Shown here one piece after another: positions 50,016 through 62,900 of a stretch of DNA of 64,000 nucleotides. Within the stretch, counting starts at the first letter, position 1, and each line of letters starts with the position of its first letter. The notes beneath the pieces were generated by a model. The model saw only the letters and a program-made list of their open reading frames with translations, was not told the DNA's origin and ran no database searches. The translations under genes and the position numbers were made by a program. This DNA comes from Haliotis cracherodii (lineage: Eukaryota): the NCBI RefSeq assembly GCF_022045235.1, contig NW_027266330.1:34224001-34288000 (forward strand), given 5' to 3'.

Positions 50016-53000
50016 CTAAAGTTTCCTTACACCGAAAAATGTAAGCGAGGACTGTTTGTGAACTGATAAGACATCAGAAACATTGACGGCGATTCGGTCA
50101 TTTTTGCGCATGACCAAGATGGCTGATAGGAAGCTGGATTGATATAGCTCATGTGTCGAGTAGCTATTCTTGGTAACCAGAAGAGTGACCTCCCCTAACT
50201 TCGGCTGTCTCGGGTGTTCACGGGTAATCTGATGCAAGAACGTCTTGTAACCGTATGTGTCCTTATTCTGCTTGTAAGTCACGTGGGAATATACGTGATA
50301 TCGACCATTCGACGGTATGTGTATTTTACGATCTCGATACACAACGCCAGACATGAAGGCAAAGTTGTTCCGTCCTCGGCCATTCCAGGTCAGTGTGGTG
50401 CCTGAAACGAAAATATGAAGTGTCTCAAAATTAATTTTATTAAGGAGTGAGTTAAGCATTAACGTTGCATCGACAATGTTTCAGCCATTTAGCGACTAGA
50501 AACAACCTCCCCGCGAAGATCCAGCCTATACCGATTTCAGTAAACGTCATTTCTGAATGCAACCATTCCGCAACCATACCCGTTTACTGTATCTACAAGA
50601 CTTCCTGGTTTTACCATTCCTGGAACATTACATTGAGTAGTGTACGTAGTACTTGGGATTTTTCGTGACACAATGAAACGGTACCCACACGGATGATTTA
50701 GTGTTGAACAAGGAAGCGTCAGGCACGATCGTGGTCACGAAGACACCAAAGCCGGGAAGAAGTACTATTTATAGCCACGTGTGTGTATTAAATAACATCT
50801 GAAGAAATAACATAGTTTTATGAATGGATCCTATTTAAAGAATACTTCAATACCAAAGCCGTACGTCATGGGTGTCTCTTTGGTAGAAAATCATAACTCA
50901 ACCTGCTCAGCAACGGTAATTTGTTACCGGGACCTATGAATGCGTTGTAACATTCAAATCAAGTTGTCATTGTTTGGTTGTTGTTGTTGTTTTTTGTGTG
51001 TGTTTGTTTGTTTGTTTGTTTGTGTTTTTGGTTTTTGTTTGTTTTGTTTTGTTGTTGTTGTTGTTTTGTTTTTTTGGGGGGTAGGGGGGTTGGTGTATTT
51101 TTTTGCTTTTTTTTGTAAACTGATGGGCAAATGAAAGTATACAGTTGAAAAATGGAGTTGACCGAACAATTACAAACGTTATCACAGCGTTAATAGACTG
51201 AAAACAGTCGCCGAAACAACACTGCAAACGTAAGGTCCAAAACATAACAATGGTACCCGCACTAAATACATCACCATCGAATAACCACTTCTTGTTTTTG
51301 TTTTCATTTTAGCCGCCAAACGTGGGTAAATACTTTCTTTCCCCGTCCGCTGAGATGCGAACAAAACCTATTTTGTTTGTTTTCCGTCTGGTGAGTAATA
51401 CCCTCGTAATGCATCGCTAATAAGAAGAAACAGTTATGGTAACCTTAGAAACAAACCATTTATTGCTGCCGGGTCCAGATACAGATGTGCTCCAGTGGCA
51501 CCTCTCATCCACGGAGCGGTGACACTGGGCGTGAGAGGAGCATCCGCTGTAACAGACAGGTAGTTTTGTTTGTTTGTTTGTTTGTTTGTTGTTTAACACC
51601 GCACTCAGCAATATTCCAGCTGTATGACGGCGATCTGTAAGTAATCGAGTCTGGACCAGACAGCACAGTGATTGACATCATGAGCGTCGATCCACGCAAT
51701 TGGGATACGATGACATGCATCAACCAAGTCAGCGAGCCTGACCACCCGATCCCGTTAGTCTCCTCTTACGACAAGCATAATCTCCTTTTATGGCAAGCAT
51801 CGGTTGCTGAAGGCCTATTCTACCCCGGATCTTTACGGGTAGACAGATAGTGAGAACCATAGTCACCTTCAAACATGATTTTGTCTTTTAGACCAGGAAG
51901 AATAATTGTGGGATAGTTTTTTCTCAAATATGTCTTCTGACAACAAAAGTTCGTGTATTTTTACTAATGTTAATCTGAATTTATTTTTTATACGTCGTGA
52001 ATCATGGTCTGGTTCACAAGATCATTAAAAAATATAATTTTGTATGAGATAATAAAAAAAGTAAGGGACGATTTAAGTTCTTGCTATATCATATAGAAAA
52101 TAATTAATAATTTTATATTGGCGTGAGTATTTATTTTTACATACCTTTTCCTTTATATATAGCTTTAGCCATCTGCAAAAACAATATTAACAATCTGGCT
52201 TATGTTGCAGACATATAGAAATGACTTAATACACTTATCTTATAAAAATACATTGGTAAACAAATTAGTATTCATAATAGTACCTCAGATGTTGCTATAA
52301 TGCTTGTGATCTTTTGTTGGTAAAATCTTTTAATCTGTTACATAAACACAAATAGTCATAGTAGTTGTGAGTGAGTGAGTGGTCTATATAATTACGGATG
52401 TTGTCAGGTGAGATAATTAACTGACATGTTGATGTTGAGTATTACTTATCTATATCGTGTCGTATGGCAAATGCTATCGCACAATGTCACTTCCTTCTTG
52501 TAACACGAAGCACAGATACAACACTGATAAACATGATATACAGGGTTGCGATAAATGCAGCAGAGATGTTTGTTTGTTTGTTCTTTAACGCCGCACTCAG
52601 CAATATTCCAGCTATATGACGGCTGTCTGTAAAATAATCTGGAGTCTAGACCAGGCAATCCAGTGATTGATATCATGAGCGTCGATAGCAGAGATGTAAA
52701 TATTTGCAAACTTTTATGACGCCATACAGTAGGAACATGTTTTGAACACATACAATAATATATTCCGCTTTACACTCTTAAAATTCCAAATTCAGTGAAC
52801 TTTTGTAAATATAAACGACAAAACTCTGTCAGTGCCTATAAGAAATCTCCGTTAAAAGCAGACTCGAAAGTACGATTCCGACTATATCATGAGCATGTGT
52901 TTATGAATTATCAAATGGTGATACCAGGTGTCCTCGAAAATATGAGCGTCACAAACACATGCAAAGGCAAATCAATCACCCAACTAAAAACACGGAAACA

Positions 53001-53348
53001 TAGGGTACGATTCAAACTAGAAACACACACCTGTTCAAATGCAGGAGAAAGTTCATCCTTTTCTTTAAGGCAGCAAAATGTGTGGTTACCTTCCTTGGCC
53101 AGTCTGAAGAGTGTGTCATTGGATTCGATACCGGAACCCAGATAATCGCAAACAAAACACACAGAGCCTGTGTCAGCATTGGGTAGAGGCGTGTCTGTAT
53201 CATGTTTTACCACTACGAAGGAGAGTACCAATGTCACAACAGCTACATTGACAAGAAGGGATCCCACCACACTGATACGAACACAAACAGGTCCAAACAG
53301 GGGCACATCAGCTCTGTTGGTTGATATGAACTCTGTGGATTCCGACAT
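50016..53348 (-). CDS. TNF superfamily ligand G5 (~273 aa, 4 exons)
   Basis: Exons 53348-53031 (TM, CFVC..CC; GTGTGT), 52172-52145 (MAKAIYKGK, 28 nt), 51546-51457 (...GAHLYLD..., 90 nt) and 50401-50016 (THD: GRYHVYSHVTY, SSFLSA, FFGV). Intron phases 0/1/1 are consistent. Confidence 0.88.
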
Positions 53349-54129
53349 GTTGGATGTAGATGCGCTGTGAACTGGCCGATCGAGTGTTCGTACAGATTAT
53401 TCTACCTGAATGTTGACAAGACTTCCTGGTCGATTGGGATTTTCAAATACCTGGGCAACCCCCTTCTTTTAAATAGAAAGGCGCTTACTTGCTAGAAGTC
53501 CTCCTTGAGGCCTGGTGTAGCATTGTATAATCTGATTAATATGTATCATACATGTGTACCGATAGAGTGAAAGTGGGTACGCACTATGCCATATGTTTTG
53601 AATACAGTGGCTAGTCTATCAGAGGCATTGACCATGTACGGTTCGTTATATGCTGTTATCAAATATAGAGACGTCTCTGTTACTTAGAATTTGCATTTAC
53701 TTGGACGAGCTACTTTCCTTTTTCAATTCGTCGTGTAATCCTTCTGACGGGTATTCAGAGACACACATTACCGTAACACCATGAAAAGAAGTCACACACT
53801 GCAGGGTGGCCATGCAGAGGTCATACATGACCAAACATGCACGGAGAACGTACTGTTCTCCCACTGTGCTACGGGCTAAAGCTGACGATATATATGTTGA
53901 ATTATCAATACTGTTATGAGCGTCGTGGGGCCACAGCACTGACATTCATGAGGTAATATTTCTGTGTGCGTCAAGATTTCTCGGAAATGGGTTTGTTTAT
54001 AGATCTTGGTATCGCGCTTCTGATTTTACTTTCGTTATTAAATCTAGATTGCTGTTTTATTTCAGGTGTAAGTATCTTTGATATAACCTAAGAGCTGACG
54101 TTCCTGTAATATTCGGAGCGGGACGGGCG

Positions 54130-55856
54130 GGAATTGGTTGGGGATGAGGGAGTGGGAGTTGGTGGGGAATGAGGAGGTGGTGGGGGATGAGGGGGTTGGG
54201 GATGAAGGGGTGGGAGGTGGTGGGGAATGAGGAGGTGGTGGGTTATGAGGGGGTTGGGGATGAAGGGGTGGGAGGTGGTGGGGATTGAGGAGGTGGTGGG
54301 GGATTGGGGGTGAAGGGGTGGGAGGCGGTGGAGAATATGGGGTGGAAATGGTGGGTGATGGAGGGGTTGGGGATGAGGGAGTGGGAGGAGGTTCGAGAAT
54401 GAGGAGGTGGTGGGGAATGAGGGGGTTGGGGATGAAGGGGTGGGAGGTGGTGGGGAATGAGGAGGTGGTGGGGGATGAGGAGGTGGTCGGGGATTAAGGG
54501 ATTGGGGGATTGGGGTGGGAGGCGGCGGAGAATATGGGGTGGAAATGGTTGGTGATGGAGGGGTTGGGGATGAGGGGGTGGGAGGTGGTGGGGGATGAGG
54601 GTGTTGGGGATTAAGGGATGGGAGGTGGTGGGTTATGAGGGTGTTGGGGATGAAGGGGTGGGAGGTGGTGGGGAATGAGGAGGTGGTGGGTTATGAGGGG
54701 GTTGGTGATGAAGGGGTGGGAGGTGGTGGAGAATGAGGAGGTGGTGGGGAATGAGGAGGTGGTGGAGAATGAGGAGGTGGTGGGGAATGAGGAGGTGGTC
54801 GGGGATTAAGGGATTGGGGGTGAAGGGGTGGGAGGCGGCGGAGAATATGGGGTCGGAAATGGTTGGTGATGGAGGGGTTGGGGATGAGGGAGTGGGAGGT
54901 GGTGGGGGATGAGGGTGTTGGGGATTAAGGGATGGGAGGTGGTGGGTTATGAGGGGGTTGGGGATGAAGGGGTGGGAGGTGGTGGGGAATGACGAGGTGG
55001 TGGGTTATGAGGGGGTTGGTGATGAAGGGGTGGGAGGTGGTGGAGAATGAGGAGGTGGTGGGGAATGAGGAGGTGGTGGAGAATGAGGAGGTGGTGGGTT
55101 ATGAGGGGGTTGGTGATGAAGGGGTGGGAGGTGGTGGAGAATGAGGAGGTTGTGGGGAATGAGGAGGTGGTGGGGAATGAGGAGGTGGTGGGGAATGAGG
55201 AGGTGGTGGAGAATGAGGAGGTGGTGGGTTATGAGGGGGTTGGTGATGAAGGGGTGGGAGGTGGTGGAGAATGAGGAGGTGGTGGGGAATGAGGAGGTGG
55301 TGGAGAATGAGGAGGTGGTGGGGAATGAGGAGGTGGTGGGGAATGAGGAGGTGGTGGGGAATGAGGAGGTGGTCGGGGATTAAGGGATTGGGGGTGAAGG
55401 GGTGGGAGGCGGCGGAGAATATGGGGTCGGAAATGGTTGGTGATGGAGGGGTTGGGGATGAGGGAGTTGGAGGTGGTGGGAATGAGGGTGTTGGGGATTA
55501 AGGGATGGGAGGTGGTGGGTTATGAGGGGGTTGGGGATGAAGGGGTGGGAGGTGGTGGGGAATGACGAGGTGGTGGGGGATGAGGGGGTTGGGGGTGAAG
55601 GGATGGGAGGCGGTGGAGAATATGGGGTTGAAATGGTGGGTGATGGAGGGGTAGGGGATGAAGGGGTGGAAGGTGGTGGAAAATAATGGGGGTAGGGGTG
55701 ATGAGGGGGTTGGGGTTGAAGGGGGGGGGGTAAGGGGGTTGGGGTTGAAGGGGTGGGAGGTGGTGGAGAATGAGGGAGTAGGGGGTGGTGGGTTATGAGG
55801 AGGTGGTGGGGGATGAGGGGATTGGGGTGGGAGGTGGTTGAGAATGAGGGGGTCGG
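54130..55856. repeat. G-rich low-complexity tandem repeat
   Basis: Degenerate ~18-bp GGGGAATGAGGAGGTGGT-type units with dense G-runs on the + strand. Confidence 0.92.
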
Positions 55857-57445
55857 AGGGCCTATGTCTGACTCTTCAACTCTTCTGTCAGGGCCTATGT
55901 CTGACTCTCCAACTCTTCTGTCTGGGTCTATGTCTGACTCTCCAACTCTTCTGTCAGGGCCTATGTCTGACTCTCCAACTCTTCTGTCTGGGCCTATGTC
56001 TGACTCTTCAACTCTTCTGTCAGGGCCTATGTCTGACTCTCCAACTCTTCTGTCTGGGCCTATGTCTGACTCTCCAACTCTTCTGTCAGGGCCTATGTCT
56101 GACTCTCCAACTCTTCTGTCAGGGCCTATGTCTGACTCTCCAACTATTCTGTCAGGGCCTATGTCTGACTCTCCAACTCTTCTGTCAGGGCCTATGTCTG
56201 ACTCTCCAACTCTTCTGTCAGGGCCTATGTCTGACTCTCCAACTCTTCTGTCAGGGCCTATGTCTGACTCTCCAACTCTTCTGTCTGGGTCTATGTCTGA
56301 CTCTCCAACTCTTCTGTCAGGGCCTATGTCTGACTCTTCAACTCTTCTGTCAGGGCCTATGTCTGACTCTCCAACTCTTCTGTCTGGGTCTATGTCTGAC
56401 TCTCCAACTCTTCTGTCAGGGCCTATGTCTGACTCTCCAACTCTTCTGTCTGGGCCTATGTCTGACTCTTCAACTCTTCTGTCAGGGCCTATGTCTGACT
56501 CTCCAACTCTTCTGTCTGGGCCTATGTCTGACTCTCCAACTCTTCTGTCAGGGCCTATGTCTGACTCTCCAACTCTTCTGTCAGGGCCTATGTCTGACTC
56601 TCCAACTATTCTGTCAGGGCCTATGTCTGACTCTCCAACTCTTCTGTCAGGGCCTAAGTCTGACTCTCCAACTCTTCTGTCAGGGCCTATGTCTGACTCT
56701 CCAACTCTTCTGTCAGGGCCTATGTCTGACTCTCCAACTCTTCTGTCTGGGTCTATGTCTGACTCTCCAACTCTTCTGTCAGGGCCTATGTCTGACTCTC
56801 CAACTCTTCTGTCTGGGCCTATGTCTGACTCTTCAACTCTTCTGTCAGGGCCTATGTCTGACTCTCCAACTCTTCTGTCTGGGCCTATGTCTGACTCTCC
56901 AACTCTTCTGTCAGGGCCTATGTCTGACTCTCCAACTCTTCTGTCAGGGCCTATGTCTGACTCTCCAACTATTCTGTCAGGGCCTATGTCTGACTCTCCA
57001 ACTCTTCTGTCAGGGCCTATGTCTGACTCTCCAACTCTTCTGTCTGGGCCTATGTCTGACTCTCCAACTCTTCTGTCTGGGTCTATGTCTGACTCTCCAA
57101 CTCTTCTGTCAGGGCCTATGTCTGACTCTCCAACTATTCTGTCTGGGTCTATGTCTGACTCTCCAACTCTTCTGTCAGGGCCTACATGTATGTCTGACTC
57201 TCCAACTCTTCTGCCTGGGCCTATGTCTGACTCTCCAACTCTTCTGTCTGGGCCTATGTCTGACTCTCCAACTCTTCTGTCAGGGCCTATGTCTGACTCT
57301 TCAACTATTCTGTCTGGGCCTATGTCTGACTCTCCAACTCTTCTGTCAGGGCCTATGTCTGACTCTCCAACTCTTCTGTCAGGGCCTATGTCTGACTCTC
57401 CAACTCTTCTTTTTGGGCCTATGTCTGACTCTCCAACTATTCCGT
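55857..57445. repeat. 33-bp minisatellite (~48 units)
   Basis: Highly homogeneous unit GGGCCTATGTCTGACTCTCCAACTCTTCTGTCA. Confidence 0.97.
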
Positions 57446-58455
57446 CTTGGTCCGTGACACAAACAGGGTTGGTTTGAACCATTTCATTTAGACAAGCGTA
57501 TGCTTGTTAGGCGTTGTATGGGCAACCACAGCATTGTTTCCGTTTATCTCATTAACTGTTCTTCAAAAGCGACAATGATTCTTTCATGAAATACAGCACA
57601 CATAATATATACATTCTAAATATAGGTTTTCCATTTCTGTTGATTGTGTTTATGACCGTGGCTTGATTGTGTGTTCATATGATACTCTTGTCCTCACTGT
57701 GTGAGTGAGTGAGTTGGGTTATATCGCGGCGTGTCATCTTAATGTGGGAGGAAAGCCCGAAGTGATGCAGGTCTCAGACGCGTACGTTTACCACTTCGGT
57801 TAAACCCACGAGCACGGGTATGGTGCTGACAAACCTAGAAACATAATCGGGACGAACCGGGATTCAAACCCACAATCATAGGTTTCTGGCGTGCCCAAGG
57901 GACGCAACTCTGCACAGTCCCCTCACTGTGTGCTATGCTTGGACACATGTGAGGTGATATGGCCCGTGGAGATTCGTTGGTCCCCAGTAACCTACATGTA
58001 TACTTATTCTACGTGAGACTATATGGATCAGGCGGTCAAGCTGGTCACTGGGTTGACTGCGTGTCATCGGTTCGTGCCCAGATGATAATGACAATATCGC
58101 AGAACATCCCCCGTGAAGATCAGCGTTAGCATTGGTCTTCAGGAATCCATGTTTATCGCAGAGGCGACTAACGGGATCGCGTGGTCAGGCTCGCTGACTT
58201 GGTTGACCCTTTCCATATTCATAAGAAATATCTGCCAAGAGCAGAGATAATTTCACGATTCAATCTATATCATGAGAATGACTTTATGAATCGCTTTCAA
58301 ATAGTGACGATACCAGGTGTTCGAGAAAAGGTGAGCGTATCCTGCCCAATCGGCCACTACCATCACAAACGCTCGCAAAATTGCAAGTCAACTGTTGAAA
58401 TAAAATGTGAAAAAATGCGGGCATATGGCACAAGTCAAAATAGGGAATAGCATTA

Positions 58456-58634
58456 CAGTAAACTACGGTTATTACGAACTCAAAGGGACCACATATTGTA
58501 ATTAGTTCGTTATAACCGTAGTTCGTTATAAGCATATATACAGCATATATACATCACATAGACGGGGCTACAAAATAAGTTCGTTACATCGGTCAGTTCG
58601 TTATAAGCGTATTCGTTATAACCGTAGTTTACTG
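58456..58634. mobile_element. Second copy of the same MITE, opposite orientation
   Basis: TA-CAGTAAACTACGGTTAT...ATAACCGTAGTTTACTG-TA. The interior is the reverse complement of 30650-30824. A related decayed element lies near 15070-15250. Confidence 0.8.
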
Positions 58635-58989
58635 TATTTACACCAAATTTACTCCTCCGCATGTCTACCACAAAACGTTTTAAAAGCTTTACTCGGGCTT
58701 TCAATGGTGGCACCCTGATAAAACAACGTTTGAGCTGTTTGACATCTCTTTATAGGAAGAGCATGCTAGATTGTACCTTACAAGTAGTGAAATAAATCAC
58801 CAAAGGCTGGAGCTGCTGGAATATTGCGAGAGATAAAGGGGAAGTTAACTATTGGAAGGCTGAAGTCAACCATCTCGTCATACAAACTTGTGAAGGCTTT
58901 TTTGCCATTTTGAATATGTATTCATAGATCTGAATATGAACATATGAGACGGTCTCACTAGCCTCCTTTAATTTATCTCTAGTTGAGGT

Positions 58990-59341
58990 GGCCGCATCCG
59001 TGGTCTAGTGGTAGAGCGTCCGCCTGGAGAGCGGAAAGTCCGGAGTTCGATTCCCGACCGCGTCATACCAAAAGACGTTAAAAGATGGTACTTGTTGTTA
59101 CCCTGACTGGCGCTCAGCAATAAGGGGATAAAACAAGGACTGGTCGGCTCGGAGTCTGTATACTGTGTCTGAGTGGGGTATTCATGTTAAACTGCGGCAT
59201 GGTATCTCAGTGAGCTAGCACTAGAAATCGGCATCAGTCCGGACTAGTACAAGCAGCCACACAAACACATACACGTACATGCACGTCGCTATATAAGTGC
59301 AATAATCTTGGACGCGACGTTAAACCCCATTTCACCTCACC
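58990..59341 (+). mobile_element. SINE family D (tRNA head plus Meta/MESC-like domain), representative copy
   Basis: tRNA-like head followed by GTCATACCAAAAGACGTTAAAAGATGGTAC...GGCGCTCAGCA, resembling the MetaSINE core, with an internal (CA)n. Other copies at 10490-10833(-), 33190-33495(-), 35088-35392 and 62476-62863; partials near 18308 and 23050. Confidence 0.8.
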
Positions 59342-59969
59342 TCTAGTTGAGGTGGGTATATCGATGGAAAAGAATTGGCTATTTGACCGTTATAGAACGA
59401 TATAAGGTTATCGATATAACCGAATCTTAAGTCAAACTTCTCGACCATATTCCCTTGTTTGAAATATAAAGTACTGTTTGAAGAGATGCCAACCTCTGCA
59501 TCCCTATCACTTAAAATGGATTATCTACATGACCACTTACATCATGGACCCGTGAATATCTAGGTTAGAAAAGGTCTTTAGCAACCCATGCTTGCCGTAA
59601 AATGCGACTATGCTAGTCGTCAGAGGCGACCAACGGGATCGAGTGGTCAATGTCAATCTCTGGATTGTCTGGTCCAGATTCGATTATTTCAACAATGAAT
59701 AAATAAATAATAATATGCAAAATATACCGTCAAGAGTTTATTTCCTGACATTTTATGAATAATACTGATAGAGATAAGTTAAGTCCAAGTTAATTTGTTT
59801 AAGTTACAGTTTATAATGATTACATATCAACAAATAATTTCTTACACGACATACAATGTTAATTATTTCTCCTTTACCCTAATTGATGTACCTTGGTAAT
59901 ATTATCTTCTAACCCTCATACACGAACACATCATTGTTCTAATTTCTTAATGATATATGAAAGAAATAT

Positions 59970-62900
59970 CTACAGACGATGCAGCCCGAAATAGCTGGCT
60001 GGTGAGAAGTTGTACACCAGCGATGGATCCGAGAATTCCACGAATATTTCGTCGTGTCGTCGCAATTTGAGATTTGCTGCTAAGAAACTCGTTCTTCTCT
60101 CGTGGTTGTTGAGCGACATCTTGCTGATGAGAAGGAGCTGATTCCCGGTCTGCGGCAAGTGGGGATTATACCTTTGTACACAGTGAACAATGTCAAGGCC
60201 ATCTGTGATGTTATCAGGGGAGATGGTCACGTGAGAGTACAGGAAGTAGACGCCCCCTTGGGGTACCCGCAGTGTACCGTTTGAATATCTGACACCACCA
60301 GTAGTGTGCGCCGTTCCGTAGCCTGTGTCCTCAACCCACGTCAAGCGATGATTTGCTGTAATATTAAAAATTAAAAAATTAAATGATTAAAAAAGGCTCT
60401 GATATATCGTTATCATTTCTGTTACATTGGATACTTACATCATGGACCCGTGAATATCTAGGTTAGAATAGGTCTTCAGCAACCCATGCTTGCCGTAAAA
60501 GGCGACTATGTTAGTCGTAAGAGGCGACCAACGGGATCGAGTGGTCAATGTCAATCTCTGGATTGTCTGGTCCAGATTCGATTATTTATAGATCGCCATA
60601 TAGCTGAAATATTGCTGAGTGCGGCGTTAAACAGAACAAAAATAATCAAACTCACATCACGAGGCTCTCCGTTTGGGATAATGTTCAGCGAGACAGGCGA
60701 CTATCATTATTTGTAACGAATATCAGTTACGCGTGCGTTAGCCGACTTCAAATGCAGCTTTAAAGTTACAAAATACTGCGTAATCGGATTTGCCGAAAAC
60801 TTAAAAAAAGAACGAGAATATGTAACTTCTTTCTTTGATGCCCGTGCTGCATTTGAACCAGCACTTACATAGCTGAAAGTAGGTCAATTAACTGTCAATT
60901 CGCTACAAATAATCTGCAGTTGAAACAATAGTGACGTCATTTTAACCCATGTGTGAATATCGTCATGAATTTCCATATTTTAAATGGCTTCATAACTCTA
61001 ACGGGATCGGGTGGTCAGGCTCGCCGACATGGTTGATGCATCTCATCGATCCCAATTGCGTGGATCGATGCTCATGATATCAAACCCTGGATTGCCTGGT
61101 CCACACTCGATCATTTACAGACCGTCGTCATATAGCTGGAATATTGCTGAATGTGGCGTTAAACCACAAACAAACAAACCAATCATAACGCTGTAGAACT
61201 AGAAGACGGAAATCAATCATATGTGCACCAGTGTGACTTGTTGTATCGAAATCACACGACAAATATAACGTAATTATGCATACTGACTGTATATTATATA
61301 ACAAACATAACAAGATTATGCAAGCTGACTGTATTCTACCACAAATAAAGCATGTGTTCTTTTAGCAGAGAGTTCTTATGATGATGGAAATGACTTTTAT
61401 TCATCTCTAACACAAACAGTGTCCAAGAATCCAGTCATATGACAAACCTTTATTTCTGTGTACGTCGAGGTAAAGGTGGGCAGAATTGTTGGGTCTGAGA
61501 CTGAAAGCTTCTGTCCCCGTGGCCCTCTGGCTGTAGTGATAGTACTCCCCTACAACCTGTTATATACGGGAACATCACGATCAGTGACATTTCATACACT
61601 ACAGAATTTACAAATACACAACAAAGACAAAGAGAAGCTATATACACAAACGATAACGACAAGTCACGTACGTATTTAATGAATACAACTAAAGTAGAAT
61701 ACTGAGAATGACAATGACAAGTCACGTACTTATTTAATTAAATAAAACGAAAGTAGAATACCGAGAATGACAATGACAAGTCACGTACATATTTAATTAA
61801 ATAAAACGAAAGTAGAATACCGAGAATGACAATGACAAGCAACGTACGTATTTAATTAAATAAAACGAAAGTAGAATACTGAGAATGACAATGACATGTC
61901 ACGTACGTATTAAATTGAATAAAACGAAAGCAGAATAGTGAGAATGACAAGTCACGTGCGTATTAATTAAATAAAACGAAAGTAGAATACTACGAATGGT
62001 AATGCCAAGCCACGTACGTATTTAATTGAATAAAACGAAAGTAGAATACTCAGAATGACAAGTCACGTACATATTTAATTGAATAAAACGAAAGTAAAAT
62101 ACTGAGTATGACAAGGCCAACAAAGTTTCTCAGTCGAAAGGAAGGTGGGACATTTGTGTTTAATTTAGGGCTTAGGGACCGACCAATATATATTCTCGGG
62201 TGGGAGTGGGGTGGGATAGGTTGCAACAAGATGTCTCACTGATAACAATATTTAATTTTTTTTAGCTGAAATAATATCCATCCTCCACGCAAAATCCCAG
62301 GCCTTCCCTAGAATATCAAAAGATCGGTCCTTACGTCCAATATAACAGTGAAAATGTTACTTGAAGTTTTAAACGAAGCCAGGATCAACTGGATAATTTT
62401 CATATACTATATATGAAAGTCTTATACAATGTGTACATATATATGTGCATATATTTGCTTATGTATGCTTGGACAGCCTTCGTGGTTTAGTGGTAGAGCG
62501 TCCGCCCGGAGAGCGGAAGGTCCGGGGTTCGATCCTCGGCCGCGTCATACGTAAAGACGTTAAAAGATGGTACAAGTTGTTAACCTGCCTGGCGCTCGGC
62601 ATTAAGGGGCTAAACAAGGACTGGTCGGCTCGGAGTCAGTATACTGTGTCTGAAGGGGTATTCATGTTAAACTGCGGCATGGTATCTCAGTGAGCTAGCA
62701 CTATAAATCGGCATCAGTCCGGACTAATAAAAACAGCCACACACACACGCACACGCACACGCACACACACACACACACATGCACACGCACGCGCACGCAC
62801 ATGCACGTCGCTATATAAGTGCAATAATCTTGGACGCGACGTTAAACCCCATTTTACCTCACCTTATGCTTAATGTAAATACGTAGTTGCGAGCATATAT

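Noticed and set aside
52870-52950. Similarity to 58255-58340, suggesting a paralogous gene relic
   Set aside because: Related sequence also appears near 150-200 and 1135-1200, so it is more likely an old dispersed repeat.
55857-57445. CRISPR-like regular ~33-bp periodicity (also the 30-bp and 59-bp arrays)
   Set aside because: The units are contiguous with no unique spacers, there are no cas genes, and the context is eukaryotic.
55380-57482. ORFs of 539-700 aa on both strands
   Set aside because: Artefacts of a stop-free 33-bp tandem repeat.
58990-59065. tRNA-like sequences here and at 9151, 26248, 35088, 62476 and 63890
   Set aside because: They are SINE heads that continue into SINE bodies and tails, so I did not call them tRNA genes.
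59696-59713. AU-rich element (ATTTATTTA on the minus strand) downstream of G6
   Set aside because: It lies beyond a candidate AATAAA at about 59740 and in AT-rich background, so it may not be in the mRNA.
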